A DNA stretch of 64,000 nt from a bacterium (GCA_024275165.1 JAJRZQ010000036.1:16293-80292); one strand, 5' to 3'; counted from the first letter of the stretch, positions 28,422 through 37,134 are shown. Numbers and translations are program-made. The notes: generated by a model not told the origin, from the sequence alone.

Positions 28422-29364
28422 GAGTCACCTCAAAACTAAAGGTTTTTGTAATCGGAAAATTGGTTCCCCTCCCTTGCGCCCGCAAGGCTTGATTCAATTG
28501 AGTTTTATAGACCCAGGTTTTTTCCGCGTTGGAGTAACTGAAAGCCCACCCCCAAGCCTGGCGCAGCATCCCCGTGCCTTCGTTCAACTGGTGATTGATC
28601 CTCGCCGCCCCTTCTTGCAAATGGCTGAGGTTGGTATTGAGGGTGACTTCATCCAGGTTGGTCAAAAACCAAGTGTAGCTCACACTGGCCCCGCTTTGGA
28701 ATCGGTTCCCCAATTGCTTTAAATAGGGGGCGACCCATTTGCCGTACTCTTGATTGACCATCCGAGGCACATGCCACCCCACCCCCCCTGAGAGGCTCGC
28801 GCTCCAGGGGTAAATGGTTTTTTCCACCAAGGCGGTCGCCTCGAAACGATAAAAGCCCCTACCCGTAATATCGAAACTACTCGTTACCGAGTCATAAGGC
28901 GATATCCCCGTGGGAACCACCAATTTGAGCCCAAAGTAACTCGCCGGCAACCAATCTCTCGGCCTTTGGATTTGATACACACAGGTGATCTGATCAAAGT
29001 TTTCATACAAAAGCCCTAGGGTTAGGTCCCCCACCCCTTGGGTGTTGCCGCTCACCCCGGAATATTGGTTTTGATTCGCCACCCAAGAAGTCGTTGCGTT
29101 TCCCTGCCAATTGGAGGACAGACGGTAACCCACCCCGAAGTTCAGACGCCTTTGCATTAAATTGGAACCCGGCGGATCAGGGATCACCTCGCCTTGTCCA
29201 TTCCAAAAGCCCTGGTAATCTTCTTCCGCCAAACCGAGGCTCATCGCGGCGGGCATGAATTTTGGAAGGGTCACCCCTCCGCCGCTTCCGCCACCACAGC
29301 AGCTTGCCGCCCAGAGCGGCCCCACCCAGAGCAGGGAGATAAAAATAAAAAATAAGCTTTTCAT
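28408..29364 (-). CDS. Outer-membrane beta-barrel-like protein with a Cys-Cys/Gly-rich mature N-terminus
   Basis: The signal peptide is MKSLFFIFISLLWVGPLWA, followed by ASCCGGGSGGG. The body is Y/W/G/N/T-rich with alternating strands. It overlaps the TlpA-like gene by 14 nt. Confidence 0.5.
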   Translation of the reverse strand: MKSLFFIFISLLWVGPLWAASCCGGGSGGGVTLPKFMPAAMSLGLAEEDYQGFWNGQGEVIPDPPGSNLMQRRLNFGVGYRLSSNWQGNATTSWVANQNQYSGVSGNTQGVGDLTLGLLYENFDQITCVYQIQRPRDWLPASYFGLKLVVPTGISPYDSVTSSFDITGRGFYRFEATALVEKTIYPWSASLSGGVGWHVPRMVNQEYGKWVAPYLKQLGNRFQSGASVSYTWFLTNLDEVTLNTNLSHLQEGAARINHQLNEGTGMLRQAWGWAFSYSNAEKTWVYKTQLNQALRAQGRGTNFPITKTFSFEVTHVFH

Positions 29365-29411
29365 GTTGTTTTTTGAAACGCCCGCCGGGGCCTTGCCCCG
29401 GCAAGCAATTT

Positions 29412-31049
29412 TTAAAGGGTAAAGGTAAAGGTTTGATAGCCGTTGCTGCCCGCGGCAGCCTGGCCATCGGTGGTCTTTTGCTCTCCATTCACGCTCAAGC
29501 GGACAAAAACCGAATTGGCCTTGCCTGAAGTCAAACCCAAGCCCGTTGCCTTATATTTCCCCTTGCCCAAATCGCTCATGACAGTCCAGGTTGTTTGGTC
29601 CATACTCGCCTCTGCGACAACCTGATTCACTGTTAAGGCGTAGCCGGTTCCACTGTTTAAAACCAAACCAGAAACCAAAGCCGGAACACTCATCATGGAT
29701 TCACCAACGGCGATAAAAAAAGTGGCGCTTTGGGCAGCGGTATCCAAGCTCTCCTTAAACAGGTAGTAGGGGCGGGCTTCCATACCCCCGGCCATGGCCA
29801 TTCGCTGATCCTTGACCCCTTTCAAATCAACGCGAACTCCATCGCCCGTCCCCATCTTCACGCTAGGGAAAAAGGTCACGCTTTCGCTGGCGCTGTTTTG
29901 GGTTATTTTTACCCCTAAAGACCAAATCCCCATCGACATGTTATTTACGCTGCTCGCCATGAGATAATACAAAGCGCAAGTAAAAACAGTTGCCTCACTC
30001 GCGCTTTGGGCGCAGCCTGCTTGGGGTGTCCCATGCGTCATGCTGGGCATACGCATTTTCGGGGTGAGGCTCAAGCTGGGCAGACTCGCCAAGGGCGAGC
30101 CGTTTAAATCCGTCACTTTTAGACTAAATTGAGTCTTGCCTTGCATCGCCTCCTGCGCCCCAGGGATATATTCCACCTTGTAACTCGTTGAATAAAGAAC
30201 CTTGGTAAAGGGTAAACTTCCCAATTTATCGGTGGTGAGACCGCTTTGGTTGCGTGTCGAATCTAAAAACTCCAACATGGACAAGGCAAATTGGTTCGCC
30301 CCATCTTTTGGTAGTTTTTTGGCCCCCAGCATGACGGTGGCGCTGCCGGCCAAGCCGTTGAGGGTTCCATCGGCCAAATCTTGCCCCAAAGCCCGCAACA
30401 TCGCTATCTGCTGGGTCTCGTCTTTGGTTAGCTTAAAGGCCATTTGGCTAAAGGCGGCGGCGCGAAACCCAGCAAGCTTTGCCTCTAAGGTCTCCTTACC
30501 TGTCATGACCTGAGTTACTTCCACCGGCTTTTGGGCCTGTTGGGGCTGAAACCCAAAATGGGTCAAAAAGGCCTGCTCCGCCGCCAACGCGGCTACCTCT
30601 AAGGAGGTCACCCCGCTATGGTATCGGCTCCAATCCTTTGCCGCCCGCTCAATGAGGGTGGTCGCCGGGTCCAAGGTCACCAGAGGGGCCGCCCCCACGA
30701 GAGAGTTCCCGGCAATCACCGCGCTCAGGCCTTCGCTCCCCAAGGTGACTTGCTGGCCTGTCGCCTCGTCTTCATAACTCCCCCCCGAGCTTTGGATCAC
30801 CAAAGTCGATTTAAGGTCATCTGCCTTGAGGGTGAGCTGAAACTCTCCCTTCAGGCTCTGTGTCGTGCCTAAGGATTGACCTGCCGCGTCATAAGCGGTC
30901 ACCTTGGCCCCGTCCAACAACCCCGCCATGAGGGTGCCGTCTAAAACAATGTCATTGCCGATAGTATTGCTTTTACATCCCGCTAAAACCAAAGCGACCC
31001 AAAAGCCGACCTGGATCAAATTGAATCTTTTTTTCATGAGAGTCTCCAT
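29412..31049 (-). CDS. Large hypothetical lipoprotein (545 aa)
   Basis: The lipobox is MKKRFNLIQVGFWVALVLAGCKS (the start may instead be the internal ATG at 31037). There is a Met-rich central region (PKMRMPSMTHGTPQAGCAQS..., MSMGIW). No enzymatic motif recognised. Confidence 0.55.
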   Translation of the reverse strand: METLMKKRFNLIQVGFWVALVLAGCKSNTIGNDIVLDGTLMAGLLDGAKVTAYDAAGQSLGTTQSLKGEFQLTLKADDLKSTLVIQSSGGSYEDEATGQQVTLGSEGLSAVIAGNSLVGAAPLVTLDPATTLIERAAKDWSRYHSGVTSLEVAALAAEQAFLTHFGFQPQQAQKPVEVTQVMTGKETLEAKLAGFRAAAFSQMAFKLTKDETQQIAMLRALGQDLADGTLNGLAGSATVMLGAKKLPKDGANQFALSMLEFLDSTRNQSGLTTDKLGSLPFTKVLYSTSYKVEYIPGAQEAMQGKTQFSLKVTDLNGSPLASLPSLSLTPKMRMPSMTHGTPQAGCAQSASEATVFTCALYYLMASSVNNMSMGIWSLGVKITQNSASESVTFFPSVKMGTGDGVRVDLKGVKDQRMAMAGGMEARPYYLFKESLDTAAQSATFFIAVGESMMSVPALVSGLVLNSGTGYALTVNQVVAEASMDQTTWTVMSDLGKGKYKATGLGLTSGKANSVFVRLSVNGEQKTTDGQAAAGSNGYQTFTFTL

Positions 31050-31288
31050 TTTTAAAGCAGAGGTCTTTGCATAAAAACCTAAAGTAAACTGCCTTTAAAT
31101 TTAGTTAAAAAATCAACTTATCAATTGAAAAACAAAGGGGTATGCCCACAAGCAATCCGCCCCAGGCAGGATGCGCCTAGAGGCGGATGCTTGCATGCTT
31201 TCCCTTCCGTTGAGACCTAAACCCCTACGCTCTTTGGCCAAACAAAACTCAGCCAGAACAGGGTAAGGCATACCTTAAAAAAGAAATT

Positions 31289-31708
31289 TTAAACTAAAGG
31301 CGGGCCCCGAGGTGGGGAATGGACTTGAAAAGAAGTAGGAATGACCTGTAAGACACCTGACGGAATCTTCCAGGCTAAGCAAACCATTGGCAAAAGGAGC
31401 GTGCTGCTCGCGAGCGGACCACCTGTAGCCGCGTGACAATATTTACAGTGATCCGAGCCCTGCCCCCCCTTTGGAGGCGCAGGGCTGGAAGAAGGATTTG
31501 TGGAAGCTCCCCCCGACTTGGCCCTAGAGACCGTCCCCGCATGGTCGTGGTGATGCGCCCCTCCCGCAGCAGAGGCAACTTGACTCAACAAAGCCTTGCC
31601 GGCCTTGAAGGTGGCGCAATGCGAGGCGCTCCATCCTAAGCTGACGGTTAAAGCGACCGCGCTCAAGAGGCTGACCAATCGAATCAAAATGGGTTTGGTT
31701 TCGTTCAT
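31289..31708 (-). CDS. Small secreted His-rich protein with a CxxCH motif (candidate metal- or haem-binding)
   Basis: The signal peptide is MNETKPILIRLVSLLSAVALTVSLG. It carries HHHDH and DHCKYCH motifs. The C-terminal third is low-complexity, so the ORF end is uncertain. It fills an otherwise unexplained 735-bp gap. Confidence 0.4.
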   Translation of the reverse strand: MNETKPILIRLVSLLSAVALTVSLGWSASHCATFKAGKALLSQVASAAGGAHHHDHAGTVSRAKSGGASTNPSSSPAPPKGGQGSDHCKYCHAATGGPLASSTLLLPMVCLAWKIPSGVLQVIPTSFQVHSPPRGPPLV

Positions 31709-31783
31709 AGAGGCACCAAGAAGGATGCTTCCAGACTACGCACCCTCTTCTCTGCCGAACAAGTAAAAAACTGTAACAAAGTA

Positions 31784-32323
31784 TCAACGAAGGAGGGGAT
31801 TTAAAGCCTGTCGTAAACTTTCCTTTAATCCAGGGTCAAACCCGGCGTGACGGTAGACCTCCTGCCCTTGGGCATTGTAAAGGAGCAGGTAGGGTAGGCC
31901 GGAAACGAGAAAACGATCATAGGCCTCAGCTACATTGGGGATAAAGATGGGCAACAAAATCCCCGTGACTCGCAAAAAAGCGGGGATGCGGGTTCGCAGT
32001 TCCTCCTCATCGAGATTCACATAGAAAAATTTGACCCCTTGAGGCTGGTACTGTTCCTTTAATTCATTCAAAATAGGCGCCTCTAATCGGCAAGGGTAGC
32101 AGGTGACGGAAAAAAAAGCCAAGACCAAGGGCTGCCCCCCCTGCAAAGACTTTAAATCTATTTGCTTTGCGGAAGAAAACAACCTCCCTTGAATCGCGGG
32201 AATCGTCGACTCACCCAGGGCAAGCACAGGCAAAGCCGATAAAAAAAACAAAACAAAAAAAACGCTCCAGCGATAAAACCTCTGCCCCGCCGGAGGGGTC
32301 TTTAACCAGGTTGGATATTTCAA
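31784..32323 (-). CDS. Thioredoxin-fold redoxin (TlpA/AhpC-TSA-like) with signal peptide, CYPC active site
   Basis: The signal/TM is VFFVLFFLSALPVLALG. The CxxC context is LVLAFFSVTCYPCRLEAPILNEL. The start has an ATGA overlap with the upstream ORF's stop. Confidence 0.7.
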   Translation of the reverse strand: MKYPTWLKTPPAGQRFYRWSVFFVLFFLSALPVLALGESTIPAIQGRLFSSAKQIDLKSLQGGQPLVLAFFSVTCYPCRLEAPILNELKEQYQPQGVKFFYVNLDEEELRTRIPAFLRVTGILLPIFIPNVAEAYDRFLVSGLPYLLLYNAQGQEVYRHAGFDPGLKESLRQALNPLLR

Positions 32324-32502
32324 CGGTAACTCTCGATCAGCAGGTCAAGCACCTTGCGGCGCGCGCGCTGGTTGTTGTTGAGCATGATCACAAAGGGCTT
32401 CCATTGATCCTCATCCGTATAGATATAGCCCGCGAGGTTGGAAACTCGGTCCAAAGTGCCGGACTTTGCCAAGATACGCGATGTCTTGCTGGCCTCGGCC
32501 AA
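32320..32502 (-). CDS. C-terminal fragment of the PBP4 (peptidase S13) gene (contains the KTG-like KSGTL motif), separated from the main ORF by an in-frame TAA
   Basis: The fragment ...SRILAKSGTLDRVSNLAGYIYTDEDQWKPFVIMLNN matches the DacB C-terminus (AKTGSLQGVYNLAGFITTASGQRMAFVQYL). It is in the same frame as 32527..34452, with a TAA at 32527-32529. Confidence 0.6.
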   Translation of the reverse strand: MAEASKTSRILAKSGTLDRVSNLAGYIYTDEDQWKPFVIMLNNNQRARRKVLDLLIESYR

Positions 32503-32526
32503 ATCACTAAAATGCGAACGCTTGAG

Positions 32527-34452
32527 TTAAGGCAAGAGATGCTTGTAAGGCTTAAAGTAATCCAAAAGCTGGGTCATCCCTTTTAGGGTCATGCGATTTT
32601 TCCTAGAAAGACCGCTCCCCTCCACCAACGCCACCTCTTTCGGGCTTAAGCCCACCTCCTTTTGTAAAAAGTTTCTCAAAAGATAAACCCCGTCCTCAAT
32701 TTTCGCGGGGCTGCCGAACTTCTTTAAAGCCATGTCCAACACCAGTTGATTGGCAATGAAGTTGCTCGATTCGGCCAGCATGACGCGGATCACCTCCTCT
32801 AAGAAGGCAGAAGAAGAATAGCGTAAAATCGGGGTCGCTGTCGGTGCCTGGCCAATACGCGGTTCTTGGGCAAGCCGCATCCCCTTTTGTTTAAAAATAG
32901 CCTCGGCCAGTTCCAAGGTGTATTGGGTTCCCTCACGGGCATTGCGCGCCACCGCAAAATGATGCATTGCCGGAGGGAAGGAGCGCGCCCTTTTTTCCGC
33001 CTTATGGGTGAGGGGGGTATTCGCCTCTAAGCTGCGAACCCGCCGACCGGGCAGCACTTCAACCCGAGCCGTGTTTTGGTTCACCGCCAAAGCACCAATG
33101 GGGGCATCCCACACCTGTACGCTCACCACCCTCCCGTCAAAATCAGGGCGAATCTCAAAGGCGGTGTCATCGGCCACCAAGCCCCGCAAGGGGTGGGTAA
33201 AAACCCCGAGGGATTTTAATTGATCCCCTAAAGCATGCAGATCCCGACTGGAAAAGGAAGGGTCGCCAAAGCCCTTTAAGTAAAGCGTGCCCCCCTCAAA
33301 ATACACCTCAGTGCGAAAGCGGTGCTTTTTCCCTAAAATATATAAGGCCGCGGCAGCGGTGGCCACCTTGGTCAAGCTGGCGGGGATATAATTCCCCTCT
33401 TGATAAAGCAGGTCAGGGCGTTGTACTTCCCCCACCATGACCCCGCCGCTCTCAAAAAGGTTTTTCAAACGGGCTTCTAAGCGCTCCTTGCCTTTTGCCT
33501 CACGGATCAACAGGGTCACCGTTGCCACGGCAGAAGGACTATAGGGGTCGCGCGCGAGAAAGTGAAAGCTATCCTTCCCCTTAAACCCGGGGTTGGGTTG
33601 ATAGACCAAGGCCCCCTCTCGCGAGATCAACTGCCCAAAACGAGGCTGACTCAAAAGCTCATAGGTTAAGGGGTCTTTTTCCGCGTCCGTTGCCTTTAAG
33701 TGAAACGAGATCGCTTGATCCTTCTCACTTTGCAGGTGGATGTCCTTTACCATGGGGGCTTGATTTTTTTCACCGACACGAATTTCGATGCGCCCCACCT
33801 CCCCTTGAGAAAAGGTATCTTCCCCGGCAAAAACAATCCAATCTGTTCCCGTATAACCCGGTGCGGGCAGGTATTCCAAGTAGGGAGGCTCCCCCTTGAG
33901 CTCACCGTGCCCCGGCGCCTGCAAGATCCGGTAGGTAATGAAGTCTCCATCTGCGTCAATCGCTTGCAGCTTAATCGCCGCGCTTTTGTTTTTTTCTACC
34001 CTGACGCGATAACTTTTCGCCCGTGGAGCATCGTTTTTCCCCTTGACCTCCAACTCCACCCAACCCGCTGAGCTTTCCGACTCGCCATGGCGCACCGTAA
34101 ACTCAAAATGGTCTTTGCCAAAAAAATCGGGCTCTGGAATATAGGTTACCTTGGGAGGGGCCCCCTGCAAGCGCCCCTGTTGCGGTGGACGAGAAATATG
34201 AATAAAGTCTTCTGCTTGCATGCCTTTGGCTCGCAGCACAATATCAAGCTTCGATTCCTCCTCCAAAACCAGTTTTTGGCTGACGGGGCTAGCGCCGTTT
34301 GGAGAAAGAATAAAAAAAACCAAACCCACCGTCAGGGCAACACCAACAACCAGCGCCCCCGCGCCTGCAACGGCTTGAAGCGAAGAGGGCGACGGCAACC
34401 GTTTATTTTTAAACGGGGTTAAAAACTTCAACAGGGTAGACAAATTCACCAT
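32527..34452 (-). CDS. Membrane-anchored D-Ala-D-Ala carboxypeptidase/endopeptidase of the PBP4 (S13, DacB) family, fused to three Ig-like (cadherin/Big-like) repeats; interrupted near the 3' end
   Basis: The N-terminal TM is LVVGVALTVGLVFFIL. There are three repeats of about 90 aa with the pattern NxAP...DADGD/EKDPLTY...G.L. The SxxK motif is PASLTKVATAAAALYILGKKHRFRT (E. coli DacB has PASTQKVITALAALIQLGPDFRFTT). The SxN motif is ESSNFIANQ. The stop is TAA at 32527-32529. Confidence 0.7.
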   Translation of the reverse strand: MVNLSTLLKFLTPFKNKRLPSPSSLQAVAGAGALVVGVALTVGLVFFILSPNGASPVSQKLVLEEESKLDIVLRAKGMQAEDFIHISRPPQQGRLQGAPPKVTYIPEPDFFGKDHFEFTVRHGESESSAGWVELEVKGKNDAPRAKSYRVRVEKNKSAAIKLQAIDADGDFITYRILQAPGHGELKGEPPYLEYLPAPGYTGTDWIVFAGEDTFSQGEVGRIEIRVGEKNQAPMVKDIHLQSEKDQAISFHLKATDAEKDPLTYELLSQPRFGQLISREGALVYQPNPGFKGKDSFHFLARDPYSPSAVATVTLLIREAKGKERLEARLKNLFESGGVMVGEVQRPDLLYQEGNYIPASLTKVATAAAALYILGKKHRFRTEVYFEGGTLYLKGFGDPSFSSRDLHALGDQLKSLGVFTHPLRGLVADDTAFEIRPDFDGRVVSVQVWDAPIGALAVNQNTARVEVLPGRRVRSLEANTPLTHKAEKRARSFPPAMHHFAVARNAREGTQYTLELAEAIFKQKGMRLAQEPRIGQAPTATPILRYSSSAFLEEVIRVMLAESSNFIANQLVLDMALKKFGSPAKIEDGVYLLRNFLQKEVGLSPKEVALVEGSGLSRKNRMTLKGMTQLLDYFKPYKHLLP

Positions 34453-34464
34453 GGAGCAAAAACC

Positions 34465-35067
34465 TTAAAAATTAAAATCCCAATTCTGCACATAGGCGAT
34501 TTGCGCCTTGTTCAAGGGGCTGTTGTTAAATCCGCCGGATTGATGCAAGCGCCAAGTATATTCAATCGAGCCTAAACGCCCGATGCCGAAACCGGCAAAA
34601 AAATGCAAGAACAAGCCCTCTCCTTGATAATAGGTGCCCTGCTTTACCTCGGACAACTGTCCCGGGTCATCTCTACTGATAAAGGCGCGATAGTAGCCGA
34701 GACGGCTTCCCCACCTCAACCAAAGTTTATCCCAAATCGGCAATTTTTGGGAAAGGTTTGCCTTATTTCCCCAAAAAGACTCAAAAGCCGCCCCAAACCC
34801 GTCCATGTAGTAAAAAGTCTTATTCGAGGTAGATTGCGTTCGATGGTAATAGGCTCCATAGGAGTAGCCTTCTGCTTGTTCTTCCAACAAAGTGGCTTGC
34901 AATCCGTAGGCCTGTTTATCCGAAAAACCGCTATCGACCTCTGAAAGTCCATAGTTTTTATAGGTTGCCGTTACGCCTGCCTGCAACACATAGTTTTTTG
35001 ACCCCCCATGGGCCGCCGGCAAAAAACCCAAAAAAGAAAGGAAAAAAAACAAAAGAATGCGCTTCAT
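34465..35067 (-). CDS. Small outer-membrane beta-barrel protein (OmpW/OmpA-like fold)
   Basis: The signal peptide is MKRILLFFFLSFLGFLPAAHG (ATG at 35065-35067). It is Y/G-rich and ends in a terminal Phe (...NWDFNF). Confidence 0.55.
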   Translation of the reverse strand: MKRILLFFFLSFLGFLPAAHGGSKNYVLQAGVTATYKNYGLSEVDSGFSDKQAYGLQATLLEEQAEGYSYGAYYHRTQSTSNKTFYYMDGFGAAFESFWGNKANLSQKLPIWDKLWLRWGSRLGYYRAFISRDDPGQLSEVKQGTYYQGEGLFLHFFAGFGIGRLGSIEYTWRLHQSGGFNNSPLNKAQIAYVQNWDFNF

Positions 35068-35192
35068 TGATTTGAATTTGCTTAAATTTTTATTTTCTCG
35101 TGCTTGGTTCACTGTGTCAATGCCAATTCCTTGACTTTGCGGGGCGCCTGCCGCAAAATATGCCGTATTGCAAATTTTTCCCCTAATAGGCC

Positions 35193-35405
35193 ATGCAGGA
35201 TACCATTCAATATCTCGCCCATCTTCCCGGACTCACCGCTTTCTTGCTCCTCTTTTCTTGCGTTTTAATCGGCATGGATTTGCGTAAATTATATCGGTAC
35301 GCCACCATGACCGAAAAACCGAAAAACTTTCGCTTTCGCTATATTCTACCGGGAATCACAATTTTTACCTTGGGTTTTATGCTGCTCCGGGTAGCGAGCG
35401 AATAG
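35193..35405 (+). CDS. Possible small two-TM membrane protein (70 aa)
   Basis: Two hydrophobic helices, GLTAFLLLFSCVLIGM and ILPGITIFTLGFMLL. No other support. Confidence 0.25.
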   Translation: MQDTIQYLAHLPGLTAFLLLFSCVLIGMDLRKLYRYATMTEKPKNFRFRYILPGITIFTLGFMLLRVASE

Positions 35406-35707
35406 GCAAACCATCCAATCGCTCCCTTAAAAAAGGGTTCCACTGCCCCCTCCAAAAAAAAAGTAGAACCCACCCCCTCGACTCCCCCCAAAGCCCGCAT
35501 TCTGCGATATAGTATAATTTATTGTTTTTTAAATATAATTTAGCTCTTTAGAAGCGCCTTCACTAAGGTCGCAATTCCTTCTTGCTCGTCCTTTAGTCCT
35601 TTTGATTGAAGAAGAAGGTTGCTTTTATATTTTATTTTATATAATTTGTAGAAAATTATCCTCTAAGGAGCCGCAGAGCCGCCGTTTCTCTAATCCTAAA
35701 AAATCTT

Positions 35708-36154
35708 ATGGATATTGTTCGCCTACAAAAAAATGTCGCCTTCTTAATTGATGGCGCCTTTTTCATCCAACGCTTCAAGCTGATCTTTGGTCCTGACAAG
35801 TCCCCTAAAGAAATCGCCGATAAATTAGAAGAAATGGTGCGCTTTCACCTTTCTGGGGATAATCTATACCGGATTTTTTATTACGATTGCTACCCCTACG
35901 ACAAAAAGGAAACCCACCCGCTCACCAACAAAATTTTGGACTTTGCAAGCACGAAAAAAACTCAGGAACACTTAGCCCTGTTCGAGGAACTAAAAAGCCG
36001 CAGAAAAGTGGCATTACGCCTAAGCGAGGCCCCATCGACAGGAAATTGGCTCATCAACCCTCAACAAACCCAAGCCTTGCTTCAAGGTACAATCACCGCA
36101 AAAAGCCTAAAGCCCGATGAAGTCCATTTTAGTCTTGCCCAAAAGGGGGTATAA
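35708..36154 (+). CDS. NYN/LabA-like domain protein, N-terminal part (carries the FLIDGAFF motif)
   Basis: VAFLIDGAFFIQRF matches the NYN N-terminal catalytic-Asp motif. It ends with TAA immediately followed by ATG of the next ORF in the same frame (GGGGGTATAAATGAAG). Confidence 0.55.
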   Translation: MDIVRLQKNVAFLIDGAFFIQRFKLIFGPDKSPKEIADKLEEMVRFHLSGDNLYRIFYYDCYPYDKKETHPLTNKILDFASTKKTQEHLALFEELKSRRKVALRLSEAPSTGNWLINPQQTQALLQGTITAKSLKPDEVHFSLAQKGV

Positions 36155-36430
36155 ATGAAGATCGGGGTAGATATCGCCACCCTCAGCCTAAAAAAACAGG
36201 TCGATAAAGTGATTTTACTTGCCGGGGATTCCGACTTTGTCCCCGCTGCTAAACTGGCTCGCTACGAGGGGGTGGATTTTGTTTTAGACCCCATGTGGAG
36301 CCCGATTCAAGATAGCCTATGCGAGCATATTGATGGGCTGAAATCCGTTTGCCCTCGGCCAGATCGCCATAACGAACAAGGCGCAAAACAAGAATTTGCC
36401 CCCCATGACAGGCCCCCCGAAGACCCATAA
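36155..36430 (+). CDS. NYN/LabA-like domain protein, C-terminal part (carries the GDSDFVP motif)
   Basis: VILLAGDSDFVPAAKLARYEGVDFVL matches the second NYN motif. The ATG is preceded by AAAAGGGGGT, which is Shine-Dalgarno-like. It may be a separate coupled gene or the 3' half of a nonsense-split gene. Confidence 0.5.
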   Translation: MKIGVDIATLSLKKQVDKVILLAGDSDFVPAAKLARYEGVDFVLDPMWSPIQDSLCEHIDGLKSVCPRPDRHNEQGAKQEFAPHDRPPEDP

Positions 36431-36534
36431 CCCAAAAACAACAAGATTTAGCCCCCGACTTAAAGCCTTCCTCTCCACTTTATCACAACAAAAAAAAAGT
36501 AGGGTGGGCTTTGTTGACCTCTCCAAGCGGTAAA

Positions 36535-37134
36535 TCAACCCCTCTCCCCTTTTAAGCCAATAAAAAGAATGACAATCAATTCATTCGCATCCGATAAAAG
36601 CTTATCTAATGGAGGGGCCCCCTGGATCAGGCTATGGGGCAATAAAAACATCTGTAGGGCCTGAAAAGACAACTCCGCCTGCCTTGTCACCGAACCGGAA
36701 CGGATCAACCCGGCGGCTTGGGCTTGGGCGAGAATCTCGATCAGGCAATCCTTTTTTAATTGAATATGCCGTAAGGGGAGCTCCCTCCTCTTTGCGGAAA
36801 TAAATTCAATGAGTTCATAAAGATGGAGTTGATTGGTAAAAATCGAATAATTGTAAGAAAGGATATTGCGCACAAAGGCAGACATCTTTTCCACTGGTGA
36901 GGCATTGCTGGCCAAAACCTGTAAGATAATTCTCTGGATGTGGCCCATGTATTTTTCAACCACCGCCTCCCCAATTTCTTCTTTATTTTCAAAAAAACGG
37001 TAGAGGTTTGCGGGCGACATATCACAGTCATCCGCAATTTCCGTTACATTGGTTTTTTTAAAACCGTAACGAATAAATCTCGTTTGCGCAGAGGCCAGAA
37101 TTTTTTCTTTGATTTTGTGTCGATCCGGAGACAT
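36535..37134 (-). CDS. TetR-family transcriptional regulator
   Basis: The HTH is ILASAQTRFIRYGFKKTNVTEIADDCDMSPANLYRFFENKEEI. The start is ATG at 37132-37134 (MSPDRHKIK). Confidence 0.8.
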   Translation of the reverse strand: MSPDRHKIKEKILASAQTRFIRYGFKKTNVTEIADDCDMSPANLYRFFENKEEIGEAVVEKYMGHIQRIILQVLASNASPVEKMSAFVRNILSYNYSIFTNQLHLYELIEFISAKRRELPLRHIQLKKDCLIEILAQAQAAGLIRSGSVTRQAELSFQALQMFLLPHSLIQGAPPLDKLLSDANELIVILFIGLKGERG

